Positions 1-13,782 of a stretch of DNA of 64,000 nt are shown in pieces. This stretch comes from Escherichia coli. Lineage in GTDB: Bacteria > Pseudomonadota > Gammaproteobacteria > Enterobacterales > Enterobacteriaceae. The notes beneath the pieces were generated by a model. The model was not told the DNA's origin. It did not search any database and saw nothing but the letters and a program-made list of their open reading frames with translations. Made by a program: the position numbers and the translations under genes. The number at the start of each line of letters is the position of its first letter. Position 1 is the first letter of the stretch. The DNA lies in assembly GCF_022846255.1 (NCBI RefSeq), contig NZ_AP025682.1; one strand, given 5' to 3'.

Positions 1-1160
<1,160 letters not shown>

Positions 1161-1180
<20 letters not shown>

Positions 1181-1802
1181 CTTTACCTGACCAGATAATT
1201 TCGCCCGTCTGCACCAGCATCAGCTGCATTTGTAGGGTCGGAGCGTTAACGTTGCCAGAGGCGCTGGAGTACAGCACGTAATGAGCGCCGACATTGCGGG
1301 CAATGCCTATGGCTTTACTACGGGTACCTAAACTGTCCTGCGGCGACAAACCTAACTGTTGCTTTGCCATCGACAGCTGCTGGGCGGAAACCAGGGTAAA
1401 TTTACCGTTATTAGCCAGCGCATTTCGCAGCGTTTCGGTCGCTTCTGCGGCATTCAGCGAACCGTTAGTACGGTTGTTAACGCTATCAACCAGCAGGACG
1501 CTACCCGCAGTCACGCCGTCAGCCCCAAGCATCTTACTGACCATCGGCTGCATTGCGCCATTCCAGTCATAATGGCGAATATGCGGCGCAGGCGGTGCAG
1601 TTTGATCTTCGTGCTCAATTGGGCCTGGCTGCTGCGGGATTGTCGGCACCGATGGCACTGTGGGGACAGGCTGTTGCGGCTCGGCTGGTTGTTCCGGCGC
1701 TGGTTTCACTTCTTCTACCGGCGCAGGTTCACGTTGCCCCACACACCCGGCGAGAAACATCGCCAGCGCGGTAATCAAGGCGTAGCGACTCATTTTTGTC
1801 AT
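1161..1802 (-). CDS. lpoB: outer-membrane lipoprotein activator of PBP1b (LpoB)
   Basis: ORF with lipoprotein signal peptide and lipobox ([20 protein letters not shown]) followed by a Pro-rich linker; start taken at second Met of the track ORF. Confidence 0.85.
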
Positions 1803-1815
1803 CAAGATTCACCCC

Positions 1816-2193
1816 TTACAAATATAGATAAAGTCTGACTTTGTGCGCCCCCAGAAAATTGGCGCTGCCGTACAGCGTTACCGCCGAATGTGCGGGAAGG
1901 GTAACGCTGCGTGGCCTTTCCAGAGGATGCATCTCCAGCCCTCTGGCGTCATACCAGTAAAAACGATAATGAACGGTAACGGGTTCTTGCCTTTCGTTAT
2001 AAAGCGTTGAGGATGCTGAAGGTTGAATATCAGACGTCGAAAGGACGGGCTTTTCTGCACTGATGCCCGCAGCCAATAAAGATGACTCCATCACCAGCGA
2101 TTGCTCATCATTCACCGGAATTTCCGGATGTGAACGACAGCCCACCAGCACTAACAACGCCAGAGACACCAGCCCAAAGCATCCTTTTCTCAT
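1816..2193 (-). CDS. ycfL: small secreted protein YcfL
   Basis: 125-aa ORF with N-terminal signal/lipobox (LVGC); synteny between hinT and lpoB. Confidence 0.75.
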   Translation of the reverse strand: MRKGCFGLVSLALLVLVGCRSHPEIPVNDEQSLVMESSLLAAGISAEKPVLSTSDIQPSASSTLYNERQEPVTVHYRFYWYDARGLEMHPLERPRSVTLPAHSAVTLYGSANFLGAHKVRLYLYL

Positions 2194-2195
2194 CG

Positions 2196-2555
2196 TTACA
2201 GACCTTTATGCGCCAGCATTGGTCCCAGCGGACGGCCACCCAACAAGTGCATATGGATGTGGTAAACCTCTTGTCCGCCATGGCGGTTGGTGTTCATGAT
2301 CAGACGATAGCCATCTTCGGCAATACCTTCTTGCTCAGCAATTTTTGCCGCTACGGTGATCATGCGTCCCAGCGCCTGCTCATGCTCAGCTGACACGTCG
2401 TTCACAGTCGGAATGAGGATATTCGGAATGATCAGAATATGCGTTGGCGCTTGCGGCGAAATATCGCGAAACGCCGTTACCAGATCATCCTGGTAGACGA
2501 TATCGGAGGGGATCTCACGACGAATAATTTTGCTGAATATAGTTTCTTCTGCCAC
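2196..2555 (-). CDS. hinT: HIT-family purine nucleoside phosphoramidase
   Basis: Histidine-triad motif HIHMHLLGG in translation; GTG start at 2553-2555 preceded by AAGGA is preferred over the upstream ATG at 2573, which lacks a Shine-Dalgarno. Confidence 0.8.
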   Translation of the reverse strand: MAEETIFSKIIRREIPSDIVYQDDLVTAFRDISPQAPTHILIIPNILIPTVNDVSAEHEQALGRMITVAAKIAEQEGIAEDGYRLIMNTNRHGGQEVYHIHMHLLGGRPLGPMLAHKGL

Positions 2556-2792
2556 GACATTTTCCTTTTTCAAATAGCCATGCGTTGCGCCATGCTACGC
2601 CGCGCCACACTGCGAGTATAGAGTATGGTCGAGTTAAACCTGCTCTTTCAACCTTAACTCACGATTTCTTAAGCAAAAAATCGTTTTGCTGCCGTATATA
2701 TCGCCATTATTCCCATTTCTGCCTGCGAATGCGCTGAAAAGACATTCTCTGTTTGGTTTACACGTCAAATATGAATGCGTATATTTCTCATT

Positions 2793-2806
2793 TGCATTTA
2801 CATGCA
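2793..2806. promoter_or_regulatory. perfect palindrome TGCATTTACATGCA in AT-rich fhuE upstream region; candidate repressor (Fur-like) site
   Basis: Palindrome read directly from sequence about 85 bp upstream of the fhuE start; Fur regulation of fhuE is established knowledge, the site assignment is a guess. Confidence 0.25.
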
Positions 2807-2888
2807 AAATTATTCGCACACTAAATATAACCGCTCATCACCCTCCTCCGGCATGAGCCTGACGACAACATAAACCAAGAGATTTCAG

Positions 2889-5078
2889 ATGCTTTCAACA
2901 CAATTTAACAGGGATAATCAATATCAAACCACCTCCAAACCGTCACTGCTTGCCGCCTGCATAGCACTGGCACTCTTACCTTCCGCCGCTTTTGCTGCAC
3001 CAGCCACTGAAGAAACGGTGATTGTTGAGGGTTCAGCCACTACTCCAGTTGATGACGAAAATGATTACAGCGTAACGTCTACGTCTGCGGGTACCAAAAT
3101 GCAGATGACTCAACGTGATATTCCTCAGTCGGTCACTATTGTTAGTCAGCAGCGGATGGAAGATCAGCAGTTACAAACGCTGGGCGAAGTGATGGAAAAC
3201 ACGCTGGGGATCAGCAAAAGCCAGGCGGATTCCGATCGTGCTCTTTATTATTCCCGCGGATTCCAGATCGATAACTATATGGTTGATGGTATCCCCACCT
3301 ATTTTGAATCGCGCTGGAATCTGGGCGACGCACTTTCTGATATGGCACTGTTTGAACGCGTAGAAGTAGTGCGTGGCGCGACAGGACTCATGACCGGGAC
3401 GGGTAATCCATCTGCGGCAATTAATATGGTTCGAAAACACGCGACCAGTCGTGAATTTAAAGGCGATGTCTCGGCGGAATACGGTAGCTGGAACAAAGAA
3501 CGGTATGTGGCGGATTTACAAAGCCCACTCACCGAAGATGGTACAATCCGCGCACGAATTGTCGGCGGCTACCAGAATAACGACTCATGGCTGGACCGCT
3601 ACAACAGTGAAAAGACCTTCTTCTCCGGCATTGTCGATGCTGATTTAGGCGATCTTACGATGCTTTCAGCCGGTTACGAATATCAGCGTATTGATGTTAA
3701 TAGCCCAACCTGGGGCGGTTTACCGCGCTGGAATACTGATGGCAGCAGCAACAGTTACGATCGCGCACGCAGTACCGCACCTGACTGGGCGTACAACGAT
3801 AAAGAGATCAACAAGGTCTTTATGACCCTGAAGCAGCGGTTTGCTGATACCTGGCAAGCGACGCTGAATGCCACCCACTCTGAAGTCGAATTTGACAGCA
3901 AAATGATGTATGTCGATGCCTATGTAAACAAAGCGGATGGTATGCTGGTTGGGCCATACAGTAATTATGGCCCTGGTTTTGATTATGTCGGAGGCACCGG
4001 TTGGAACAGCGGCAAACGTAAAGTTGATGCGCTGGATCTGTTCGCTGACGGTAGTTATGAATTGTTTGGTCGTCAGCACAATTTAATGTTTGGTGGCAGT
4101 TACAGCAAACAAAACAATCGTTACTTCAGTTCATGGGCCAACATTTTCCCGGATGAAATTGGCAGTTTCTACAACTTTAATGGCAATTTCCCACAAACCG
4201 ACTGGTCACCACAGAGCCTGGCGCAGGACGATACCACACATATGAAATCGTTATATGCTGCCACTCGTGTCACCCTTGCCGATCCGCTGCATCTGATCCT
4301 CGGCGCACGTTATACCAACTGGCGAGTTGATACGCTGACTTACAGCATGGAGAAAAACCACACCACGCCTTATGCTGGACTGGTGTTTGACATCAATGAT
4401 AACTGGTCGACCTACGCCAGCTATACCTCTATTTTCCAGCCGCAAAATGATCGTGACAGTTCAGGCAAATATCTGGCTCCAATCACCGGTAACAACTACG
4501 AGCTGGGTCTGAAATCGGACTGGATGAATAGCCGTCTGACCACCACGTTAGCCATCTTCCGTATTGAGCAGGATAATGTCGCTCAGTCCACCGGTACACC
4601 TATCCCCGGCAGCAACGGCGAAACCGCCTATAAAGCGGTGGATGGGACAGTCAGTAAAGGTGTGGAATTTGAACTCAACGGCGCAATTACCGACAACTGG
4701 CAGCTGACGTTTGGCGCAACGCGCTATATTGCAGAAGATAACGAAGGAAACGCCGTTAATCCTAATCTGCCACGCACCACGGTTAAAATGTTCACCAGCT
4801 ACCGGTTGCCTGTCATGCCAGAGTTGACGGTCGGCGGTGGTGTTAACTGGCAAAATCGCGTGTATACCGACACCGTGACACCGTATGGCACCTTCCGCGC
4901 CGAGCAAGGTAGCTACGCGCTGGTGGATCTCTTCACCCGCTACCAGGTGACGAAAAACTTCTCGTTACAGGGGAACGTCAATAACCTGTTCGACAAAACC
5001 TACGATACCAACGTGGAAGGTTCTATCGTCTACGGCGCACCGCGTAATTTCAGCATTACCGGCACGTATCAATTCTGA
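2889..5078 (+). CDS. fhuE: TonB-dependent outer-membrane ferric-siderophore (coprogen/rhodotorulic acid) receptor
   Basis: 729-aa ORF with signal peptide (ALLPSAAFA), TonB-dependent receptor character and C-terminal aromatic residue (…GTYQF). Confidence 0.9.
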   Translation: MLSTQFNRDNQYQTTSKPSLLAACIALALLPSAAFAAPATEETVIVEGSATTPVDDENDYSVTSTSAGTKMQMTQRDIPQSVTIVSQQRMEDQQLQTLGEVMENTLGISKSQADSDRALYYSRGFQIDNYMVDGIPTYFESRWNLGDALSDMALFERVEVVRGATGLMTGTGNPSAAINMVRKHATSREFKGDVSAEYGSWNKERYVADLQSPLTEDGTIRARIVGGYQNNDSWLDRYNSEKTFFSGIVDADLGDLTMLSAGYEYQRIDVNSPTWGGLPRWNTDGSSNSYDRARSTAPDWAYNDKEINKVFMTLKQRFADTWQATLNATHSEVEFDSKMMYVDAYVNKADGMLVGPYSNYGPGFDYVGGTGWNSGKRKVDALDLFADGSYELFGRQHNLMFGGSYSKQNNRYFSSWANIFPDEIGSFYNFNGNFPQTDWSPQSLAQDDTTHMKSLYAATRVTLADPLHLILGARYTNWRVDTLTYSMEKNHTTPYAGLVFDINDNWSTYASYTSIFQPQNDRDSSGKYLAPITGNNYELGLKSDWMNSRLTTTLAIFRIEQDNVAQSTGTPIPGSNGETAYKAVDGTVSKGVEFELNGAITDNWQLTFGATRYIAEDNEGNAVNPNLPRTTVKMFTSYRLPVMPELTVGGGVNWQNRVYTDTVTPYGTFRAEQGSYALVDLFTRYQVTKNFSLQGNVNNLFDKTYDTNVEGSIVYGAPRNFSITGTYQF

Positions 5079-5088
5079 ATAACACCTG

Positions 5089-5115
5089 TAAAAAAGGCAG
5101 CCATCTGGCTGCCTT
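5089..5115. terminator. hairpin GGCAGCC-atct-GGCTGCC with flanking A/T runs, between convergent fhuE and ptsG
   Basis: Stem-loop read from sequence; T-run follows on the minus strand (ptsG sense), weaker on plus. Confidence 0.6.
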
Positions 5116-5137
5116 AGTCTCCCCAACGTCTTACGGA

Positions 5138-6571
5138 TTAGTGGTTACGGATGTACTCATCCATCTCGGTTTTCAGGTTATCGGATTTAGTACCGAAAAT
5201 CGCCTGAACACCAGAACCAGCAACCACTACGCCCGCTGCGCCCAGTTTCTTCAGGCCAGCCTGATCCACTTTAGACACATCAGCAACGCTGACGCGCAGA
5301 CGGGTAATACATGCGTCGAGGTTAGTAATGTTTTCTTTACCACCAAATGCAGCAACCAGAGCCGGTGCCATTTCGCTGGTACCTGTCGCTTTTGCATCTT
5401 CAGTCGCATCTTCACGACCCGGCGTTTTCAGATCCAGTGCTTTAATCAGCACGCGGAAGATGGTGTAGTAAACAATGGCATAACCGATACCGACGATCGG
5501 GAACAGCCACAGTTTGCTGCTGTTACCAGACAGAACGATGAAGTCGATCAGACCGTGCGAGAACGACGTACCGTCACGCATCCCCAGAAGAATACAGATT
5601 GGGAATGCCAGGCCTGCCAGAATCGCGTGGATGATGTACAGGATCGGCGCAACGAACATGAAGGAGAACTCGATCGGCTCGGTGATACCGGTCAGGAACG
5701 AGGTCAGCGCCGCGGAGATCATAATACCGCCCACTTTCGCGCGGTTTTCTGGTTTAGCAGAGTGCCAGATAGCAATTGCGGCAGCTGGCAGACCGTACAT
5801 TTTGAACAGGAAGCCACCAGACAGTTTACCCGCAGTCGGGTCACCCGCCATATAACGCGGAATGTCGCCGTGGAAAACCTGACCTGCTGCGTTGGTGTAT
5901 TCACCAATCTGCATCTGGAAAGGTACGTTCCAGATGTGGTGCAGACCAAACGGTACCAGGCAACGTTCGATGAAACCGTAAATGCCAAACGCAACTACCG
6001 GGTTCTGGTAAGCAGCCCACTGAGAGAAGGTCTGGATTGCAGAACCAATCGGCGGCCAAATGAAGGACAGCACAACGCCAGTAAAGATAGCAGCCAGGCC
6101 TGAAATGATCGGCACAAAGCGTTTACCGGCAAAGAAGCCAAGATACTCAGGCAGCTTAATACGGTAGAAACGGTTAAACATATACGCTGCAATCGCACCG
6201 GAGATAATCCCTCCGAGTACGCCAGTATCCGCCAGGTGTTTAGAGGCGATTTCTTCAGCAGGTAAATGCAGTACCAGTGGCGCAACCACGGCCATGGTTT
6301 TAACCATGATGCCATAGGCAACAACTGCGGCCAGCGCGGATACGCCATCGTTATTGGTAAAGCCGAGGGCGACACCGATCGCAAAAATCAGTGGCATGTT
6401 TGCAAAGACGGAACCGCCTGCTTCTGCCATAACATGCGATACAACGGCGGGCAGCCAGCTGAAATTCGCGGAACCGACGCCCAGCAGAATACCTGCGATA
6501 GGCAGTACGGATACCGGCAGCATCAGCGATTTACCGACCTTTTGCAGGTTAGCAAATGCATTCTTAAACAT
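5138..6571 (-). CDS. ptsG: PTS glucose-specific EIICB component
   Basis: 477-aa polytopic membrane ORF; leader upstream carries the sequence AAAGCACCCAUACUCAGGAGCACUCUCAAUUAUG that I recognise as the ptsG translation-initiation region. Confidence 0.95.
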
Positions 6572-6674
6572 AATTGAGAGTGCTCCTGAGTATGGGTGCT
6601 TTTTTTACGTTCTCACGCGTGGCAAGGGGGGAGTGCCTCGCCGTGTACAGGGCATCTAAGCGCCCTTTATTTAT
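6572..6674 (-). promoter_or_regulatory. ptsG mRNA 5' leader including ribosome-binding site (SgrS sRNA pairing region)
   Basis: Leader sequence read from the minus strand; SgrS targeting is established knowledge; the 5' boundary is approximate. Confidence 0.5.
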
Positions 6675-6865
6675 TACACAGAGTAAAATAATTCAGTGCC
6701 GATTTGTTTGACGGCTATCACGTTTCAACTTCAGATCATTGGAGAAGTTGCACATTTTGACAAAACATATGTCACAATATTTCAAACGTGGTTATTCACC
6801 GCCCGATTTTCGGCGGTGAACTTTACTCGTTTTAGCCATTAATTACGAGCTTTAAAAAAACTCAT

Positions 6866-7663
6866 TCAACGGATGGATTGAAGGCGGGAAGCGTCGATGT
6901 GAAACAGACGGGCGAAGTTATCGGTGGTTACCTGCGCCAGTTCTTCAACGGCAACACCTTTCAACACAGCCATGTATTCTGCAACGTCACGAACCATCGC
7001 AGGTTGATTCTCTTTTCCTCGATGCGGTACTGGCGCAAGGTAAGGTGAGTCAGTTTCCACCAGTAACCGATCCAGGGGGACATAACGCGCAGCATCGCGC
7101 AGTTGCTCCGCATTACGGAAGGTCACAATGCCGGAAAAGGAGATGTAAAATCCGAGATCCAGTAATTTGCCCGCCGTTTCTCTGTCCTCTGTAAAACAGT
7201 GTAGTACGCCACCGCAATCCGTCACTTTTTCTTCGCGCAGAATTGCCAGCGTATCGGCGCGGGCGTCACGGGTGTGGACGATAACCGGCTTGTTCAGTTC
7301 ACGACCAATCTGGATATGATGGATGAAGGACTCTTGCTGACGTACTTTAGTTTCCGGCGTGTAATAATAATCCAGCCCGGTTTCACCCAGCGCTACAACG
7401 CCCTCTTCTGCCGCCAGACGACGTAAATCTTCTACATCGTAGGGATCATTCTGGTTGAGTGGATGCACGCCACAAGAAAATACGACGTTGTCGCGTTCGC
7501 CTACCAGATCCCGCATGTGTAAATAACCCGGTAATGTTGTGGCGACTGCCAGACAAAATTTCACATCGCGTGCGGCGGCTTTCGCCAGAACGTCATCCAC
7601 GTCCTTATGCAAAGATTCATAATCCAGACCATCGAGATGGCAGTGTGAGTCGACTAAAAACAT
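6866..7663 (-). CDS. ycfH: TatD-family metal-dependent DNase/hydrolase
   Basis: Translation starts [11 protein letters not shown] (TatD-type metal-binding motif); start trimmed from the track ORF to the Met preceding this motif. Confidence 0.85.
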
Positions 7664-7673
7664 GATGTCTCTC

Positions 7674-8678
7674 TTAAAGATGAGGAACCGGTAGCACAAC
7701 GCCCGGTTGCAGGTAATGCTCAATACGCAGTAAAAGATCGGTGATGAGAAGCTCGCGGTTGATGCCTGTGACAGACATTAACTGTTCACGAATGTGGCAA
7801 ACATCCCCCAGTATAGCCTGCAGGCGCGAGGGAGAAAGATGGTTTGCCAGTTCGACGACCAGGCCCGGCACATCAACATTGGTCACCTGCGCAGCGCCAT
7901 GATGGCGTTTTAGCGCATCCATCAGCAACGTTGCCAGCCAGTGTAAACGTGCCGGAGCTTGTTCATGATTAAGGGCCGCTAGCAGCGAATACCAGTCGCC
8001 CGATTGCACGCTATATGCCAGCGCCTGACACAATGTTTCACGAGCCTGCCAGTTATCTCCCTGAAACAACGCCAGTGCCGCCCCAGGCGAACCGGCGCTT
8101 AAGCGCAATGCGGCAAGTAGTGCAGCCTGTGACATTGTCACTTCGCGTGAAAGCCAGGTCACGGCGTACTGTTCCGGCGGCGGCGCAAGGTAATGTAACC
8201 GACAACGACTACGTAATGTTGCCAGTAAACGTTCTGGCTCGCGGGTAGCAAGGAAAAACCACGTCTCTGCTGGTGGCTCTTCAAGCGTTTTCAGCAATGC
8301 GTTAGCCGCGGCGTCGGTTAGTAAGGCAGCATCGGTTACCCAGACAACTTTCGCACCACCTAAGCGTGCGTGCTCATTCAGCTTTTCGGTGACCTCACGT
8401 ACCGCATCAATGCCCAGCGCATTTTTCCCTTTTTCGGGAGCCAGGGTGTAGTAATCGGGATGTGTGCCAGCCTGCATCAACTGACATCCACGACAGTGAC
8501 CGCAACTTTTGTGGCCCTGCGGTTGTTGGCAGAGTAAATAACGGCTCAGGGCATAGATTAAAGCATCATCGCCCATGCCCGGTAACGCCTGAATGAGTAG
8601 CGCATGGTGACCTCTTCTGGCCTGATAGCTGGCTACCAGTTTTTCGAAATCAGGTCGTAACCATGGATACCATCTCAT
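7674..8678 (-). CDS. holB: DNA polymerase III delta-prime subunit
   Basis: 334-aa ORF; 4-bp overlap with tmk; conserved tmk-holB-ycfH order. Confidence 0.9.
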   Translation of the reverse strand: MRWYPWLRPDFEKLVASYQARRGHHALLIQALPGMGDDALIYALSRYLLCQQPQGHKSCGHCRGCQLMQAGTHPDYYTLAPEKGKNALGIDAVREVTEKLNEHARLGGAKVVWVTDAALLTDAAANALLKTLEEPPAETWFFLATREPERLLATLRSRCRLHYLAPPPEQYAVTWLSREVTMSQAALLAALRLSAGSPGAALALFQGDNWQARETLCQALAYSVQSGDWYSLLAALNHEQAPARLHWLATLLMDALKRHHGAAQVTNVDVPGLVVELANHLSPSRLQAILGDVCHIREQLMSVTGINRELLITDLLLRIEHYLQPGVVLPVPHL

Positions 8679-9316
8679 GCGTCCAACTCCTTCACCCAGT
8701 TGGTCACGGTAGTGCGGATTGCATCCATCACGGCCTCCAGCGGCTGGGTGGCATCAATGGTATGAATGCTTTTATCTTGTGCTGCCAGTTCCAGATAGCG
8801 GGCGCGGGTGCGATTAAAGAAATCGAATGACTCTTGCTCAATACGATCCAGCTCACCACGGGCGCGAGCACGTTTTAAGCCGACCTCTGGGGTGACATCA
8901 AGATAAAGCGTTAAGTCAGGGCGAAAATCCCCGAGAACAGCATCACGCAGTGTTGCCAGCATATGTTGGTCAATACCTCGTCCTCCACCCTGATAGGCTT
9001 GAGTAGAGAGATCGTGGCGATCGCCAATCACCCAGGTGCCGTTAGCCAGCGCAGGTTTGATGACCGTTTCTACCAGTTGAACGCGCGCGGCATAAAACAT
9101 CAGAACTTCGGCTTTATCGGTAATGACTTCATCGCCTACCGATTTGATATCCAGCACCAGGCTTCTTAACTTTTCGGCAAGTTGCGTACCGCCAGGTTCC
9201 CGAGTGAAAACCATGTCGCGGATACCCAGTTGCTCAAGCGTCTCAACCACCACGTTACGCGCGGTAGTTTTGCCTGCGCCTTCCAGCCCCTCAATGACGA
9301 TATACTTACTGCGCAT
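8675..9316 (-). CDS. tmk: thymidylate kinase
   Basis: 213-aa ORF with P-loop GLEGAGKTT near the N-terminus. Confidence 0.9.
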   Translation of the reverse strand: MRSKYIVIEGLEGAGKTTARNVVVETLEQLGIRDMVFTREPGGTQLAEKLRSLVLDIKSVGDEVITDKAEVLMFYAARVQLVETVIKPALANGTWVIGDRHDLSTQAYQGGGRGIDQHMLATLRDAVLGDFRPDLTLYLDVTPEVGLKRARARGELDRIEQESFDFFNRTRARYLELAAQDKSIHTIDATQPLEAVMDAIRTTVTNWVKELDA

Positions 9317-10328
9317 TTTTTTCCTTAAGCACTTTCAGATAATCCTGCACAGACTTGTTATGACTGGCAAGATTGGTATTAAACGTGTGACCACCTTTAC
9401 CATCGGCCACAAAATAGAGATACGGCGTTTTTGCCGGATGCGCAGCAGCCTTCAGCGAATCCGCCCCCGGCGTAGCTATTGCACCTGGCGGCAAACCGGT
9501 AATGGTATAGGTGTTATACGCTGTCGGCGTTTCCAGGTCTGCACGAGAAAGTTTGCCATTATAACGCTCTCCCATCCCGTAAATCACGGTCGGGTCGGTC
9601 TGCAGGCGCATACCAATGCGTAACCGGTTGATAAATACTGAGGCAACCTGATCGCGTTCACTGGCAACGGCGGTTTCTTTTTCGATAATTGATGCCATCG
9701 TCACCAACTGGTTTTTATCTTTATAAGGCAGACCGTCCGCACGCCCTTCCCAGGCGCTATCGACCGCTTTCACCATTTTCTTGTGCGCTCGCTTGAGTAA
9801 CGCGACATCGGTGGTATTGGCGGTATACATCCAGGTGTCTGGCCAGAACCAACCTTCAATCCACTCCGGGTTTTCCAGTTCAAGTGCCTGCGCTACGGTG
9901 GCGTACTTATCGTCGCTCAGCGTGTGCTTGATATACGGAGCCTCACGCAATTGCTTGAGGTAGTCGCTCAGACGCATCCCTTCTACCAGTCGCAGCGGGA
10001 ACTGTGCTTCTTTACCGCTTTCCAACAATTTCAGCATCTCGCGCACGGTCATCTGCGGTGTAAAGCGGTAAGTCCCGGCTTTAAAGTGAGAAAGATCCGG
10101 TTCGATACGCAGCAACCATTGAAAAACCCGTGGGCGATTGATGATCTTATCGGCATAAAGCTGTTCACCTAGCGCCAGACGTCCGGTCCCTGGCTTAAGG
10201 GTAAATATCGTCTCTTCTTTGATAAGCAATTTGCTGTCGGCAAGATGGCGAACCTTCCAGACGCCCACACCAGCGGCGATACACAGTACCACCAGCAATA
10301 ACAAGATTATCAATAACACTTTTTTCAT
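9306..10328 (-). CDS. mltG: endolytic murein transglycosylase MltG (YceG)
   Basis: 340-aa ORF with N-terminal transmembrane segment; overlaps tmk start by 11 bp. Confidence 0.85.
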   Translation of the reverse strand: MKKVLLIILLLLVVLCIAAGVGVWKVRHLADSKLLIKEETIFTLKPGTGRLALGEQLYADKIINRPRVFQWLLRIEPDLSHFKAGTYRFTPQMTVREMLKLLESGKEAQFPLRLVEGMRLSDYLKQLREAPYIKHTLSDDKYATVAQALELENPEWIEGWFWPDTWMYTANTTDVALLKRAHKKMVKAVDSAWEGRADGLPYKDKNQLVTMASIIEKETAVASERDQVASVFINRLRIGMRLQTDPTVIYGMGERYNGKLSRADLETPTAYNTYTITGLPPGAIATPGADSLKAAAHPAKTPYLYFVADGKGGHTFNTNLASHNKSVQDYLKVLKEKNAQ

Positions 10329-10330
10329 GA

Positions 10331-11140
10331 CTAATTCGGGCGCTCACAAAGTGGGGCTAAATATTCATATAACGTTGCTGACGAAAAGGAGACATCGCCA
10401 CAGGCACGTACGGGCATCACTGGCATTAACGCATTACAAATAACCATCTCATCTGCCTGCAACGCCTCTTCCAGAGAGGCTTGCACTTCGACAAGCTGAT
10501 AAGAGGATTGTGCCAGCAAACGGATACAGAATTGTCGCATAATGCCGTTAACACCTGCCTGATCCAGTCGCGGCGTATAAACTACGTTGCCCTTCCGCCA
10601 GAACAAATTAGCCGCACAGCATTCCGTAACCCACCCTTCGCTGTCAAGGACCAGCGCCTCATCAGCGTTTGTCTGCTCAAGATGAGAGCGGATCAATACT
10701 TGCTCAAGCCGATTAAGATGTTTAATACCTGCAAGATGAGGATTGCGCCCCAGCCGCACCGGGCTTAGCGCCAACGTCATCCCTTCGTTACGCAAACGGT
10801 CGTAATGTGCAGGATAAGCCGTAACGGAGAGAATCCGCGTTGCCGGTCCACTGTTCAATGTGCTGTACCCTCGCCCGCCACTACCGCGACTGATCACCAC
10901 TTTCAGCACACCATTTTGCTGTTCTGCTGCCAGCGTTTTCATCTCTAGTTCAAGCTGAGGCCAGAAGTCACAGGAAATCATCAACCGCTGACAAGCATCC
11001 TGTAGTCGCTGGATATGCGCCGATAACAAACTGACTTTACCGTCGATAACTCTGGCGGTGGTAAAACAACCATCACCAAACTGCGTTGCCCGATCGCTTA
11101 CTGCCAGCGATTCCTGCTTATGACCGTTAATTAAGAACAT
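10331..11140 (-). CDS. pabC: aminodeoxychorismate lyase
   Basis: 269-aa ORF; synteny between fabF and mltG. Confidence 0.85.
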   Translation of the reverse strand: MFLINGHKQESLAVSDRATQFGDGCFTTARVIDGKVSLLSAHIQRLQDACQRLMISCDFWPQLELEMKTLAAEQQNGVLKVVISRGSGGRGYSTLNSGPATRILSVTAYPAHYDRLRNEGMTLALSPVRLGRNPHLAGIKHLNRLEQVLIRSHLEQTNADEALVLDSEGWVTECCAANLFWRKGNVVYTPRLDQAGVNGIMRQFCIRLLAQSSYQLVEVQASLEEALQADEMVICNALMPVMPVRACGDVSFSSATLYEYLAPLCERPN

Positions 11141-11211
11141 ACCGGCTCCTTATCAGAGAATTGTTAGTGTGGCAGCATGTTCACTACGGAACAAGTCGGA
11201 ATAAAAGCTAA

Positions 11212-11236
11212 GAAAAAAGGCCCGCAAGCGGACCTT
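11212..11236 (-). terminator. rho-independent terminator downstream of fabF
   Basis: Minus-strand hairpin GGTCCGC-tt-GCGGGCC followed by a T-run. Confidence 0.6.
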
Positions 11237-11259
11237 TTATAAGGGTGGGAAATGACAAC

Positions 11260-12531
<1,272 letters not shown>

Positions 12532-12588
12532 CTAGTGGGACAAAAAGATAAAACTCAGGCGGTCGAACGACCGCCTGGAGATGTTCAC

Positions 12589-12825
12589 TTACGCCTGGTG
12601 GCCGTTGATGTAATCAATGGCAGCCTGAACGGTGGTGATTTTCTCAGCTTCTTCGTCCGGAATCTCAGTATCAAACTCTTCTTCCAGAGCCATTACCAGC
12701 TCAACGGTGTCAAGAGAATCCGCGCCCAGGTCTTCAACGAAAGAAGCATTGTTGGTAACTTCTTCCTGCTTAACGCCCAGCTGTTCGCCGATAATTTTCT
12801 TAACGCGTTCTTCGATAGTGCTCAT
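12589..12825 (-). CDS. acpP: acyl carrier protein
   Basis: 78-aa [21 protein letters not shown]… with phosphopantetheine attachment motif [12 protein letters not shown]. Confidence 0.97.
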
Positions 12826-13035
12826 ACTCTTAAATTTCCTATCAAAACTCGCTTTCGCGATGGTTTTCGTAGTGTATAAAATGTTGAAAAATTTGCAACT
12901 AAATCCCGGCAGGTCTTACCACGATTTTACGTTATTTTGAGGCCTTACCCCCCAATAACGCAAATCATTTTGCACTAATTATTACTCATAACCACGCAGA
13001 CTGCGCGCAACATGAGCATTTTGTGCAAATCGCGG

Positions 13036-13770
13036 TCAGACCATGTACATCCCGCCGTTCACATGCAAAGTTTCACCCGTGATGTAAGCTGCTTCGTCGG
13101 ATGCCAGGAATGCAACCGCGTTGGCGATTTCCTGTGCGCCGCCGAGGCGACCCGCAGGAACCTGCGCCAGGATACCCGCACGCTGGTCATCGCTCAGCGC
13201 ACGTGTCATGTCCGTTTCAATAAAGCCCGGAGCAACAACGTTTACAGTAATACCGCGTGACGCAACTTCGCGCGCCAGTGATTTACTGAAGCCGATCAAG
13301 CCCGCTTTCGCCGCAGCGTAGTTGGCCTGACCGCCATTTCCCATGGTACCAACCACAGAACCGATAGTGATAATACGACCATGACGCTTTTTCATCATAG
13401 CGCGCATTACCGCTTTTGACAGACGGAAAACAGATGAAAGGTTGGTTTCGATAATATCGTTCCACTCTTCATCTTTCATTCGCATTAACAGGTTATCACG
13501 AGTGATACCGGCATTATTGACCAGGATATCCACTTCACCAAATTCTGCGCGAATTTTTTCCAGAACAGATTCGATAGATGCCGGGTCGGTCACATTCAAC
13601 ATCAGACCTTTGCCGTTGGCACCTAAATAATCAGTGATCGCCTGAGCGCCATTTTCACTGGTCGCAGTGCCGATAACTTTCGCGCCACGGGCTGCGAGCG
13701 TTTCAGCAATTGCGCGGCCAATTCCGCGGCTTGCACCGGTTACCAGTGCGATTTTTCCTTCAAAATTCAT
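13036..13770 (-). CDS. fabG: 3-oxoacyl-ACP reductase
   Basis: 244-aa SDR ORF with TGASRGIG cofactor-binding motif. Confidence 0.95.
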   Translation of the reverse strand: MNFEGKIALVTGASRGIGRAIAETLAARGAKVIGTATSENGAQAITDYLGANGKGLMLNVTDPASIESVLEKIRAEFGEVDILVNNAGITRDNLLMRMKDEEWNDIIETNLSSVFRLSKAVMRAMMKKRHGRIITIGSVVGTMGNGGQANYAAAKAGLIGFSKSLAREVASRGITVNVVAPGFIETDMTRALSDDQRAGILAQVPAGRLGGAQEIANAVAFLASDEAAYITGETLHVNGGMYMV

Positions 13771-13782
13771 GATTTTCCTCTT

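Noticed and set aside
5141-6103. 320-aa plus-strand ORF antisense to ptsG
   Set aside because: It is fully contained within the ptsG coding region on the opposite strand, with no Shine-Dalgarno and no recognisable domain; a typical shadow ORF.
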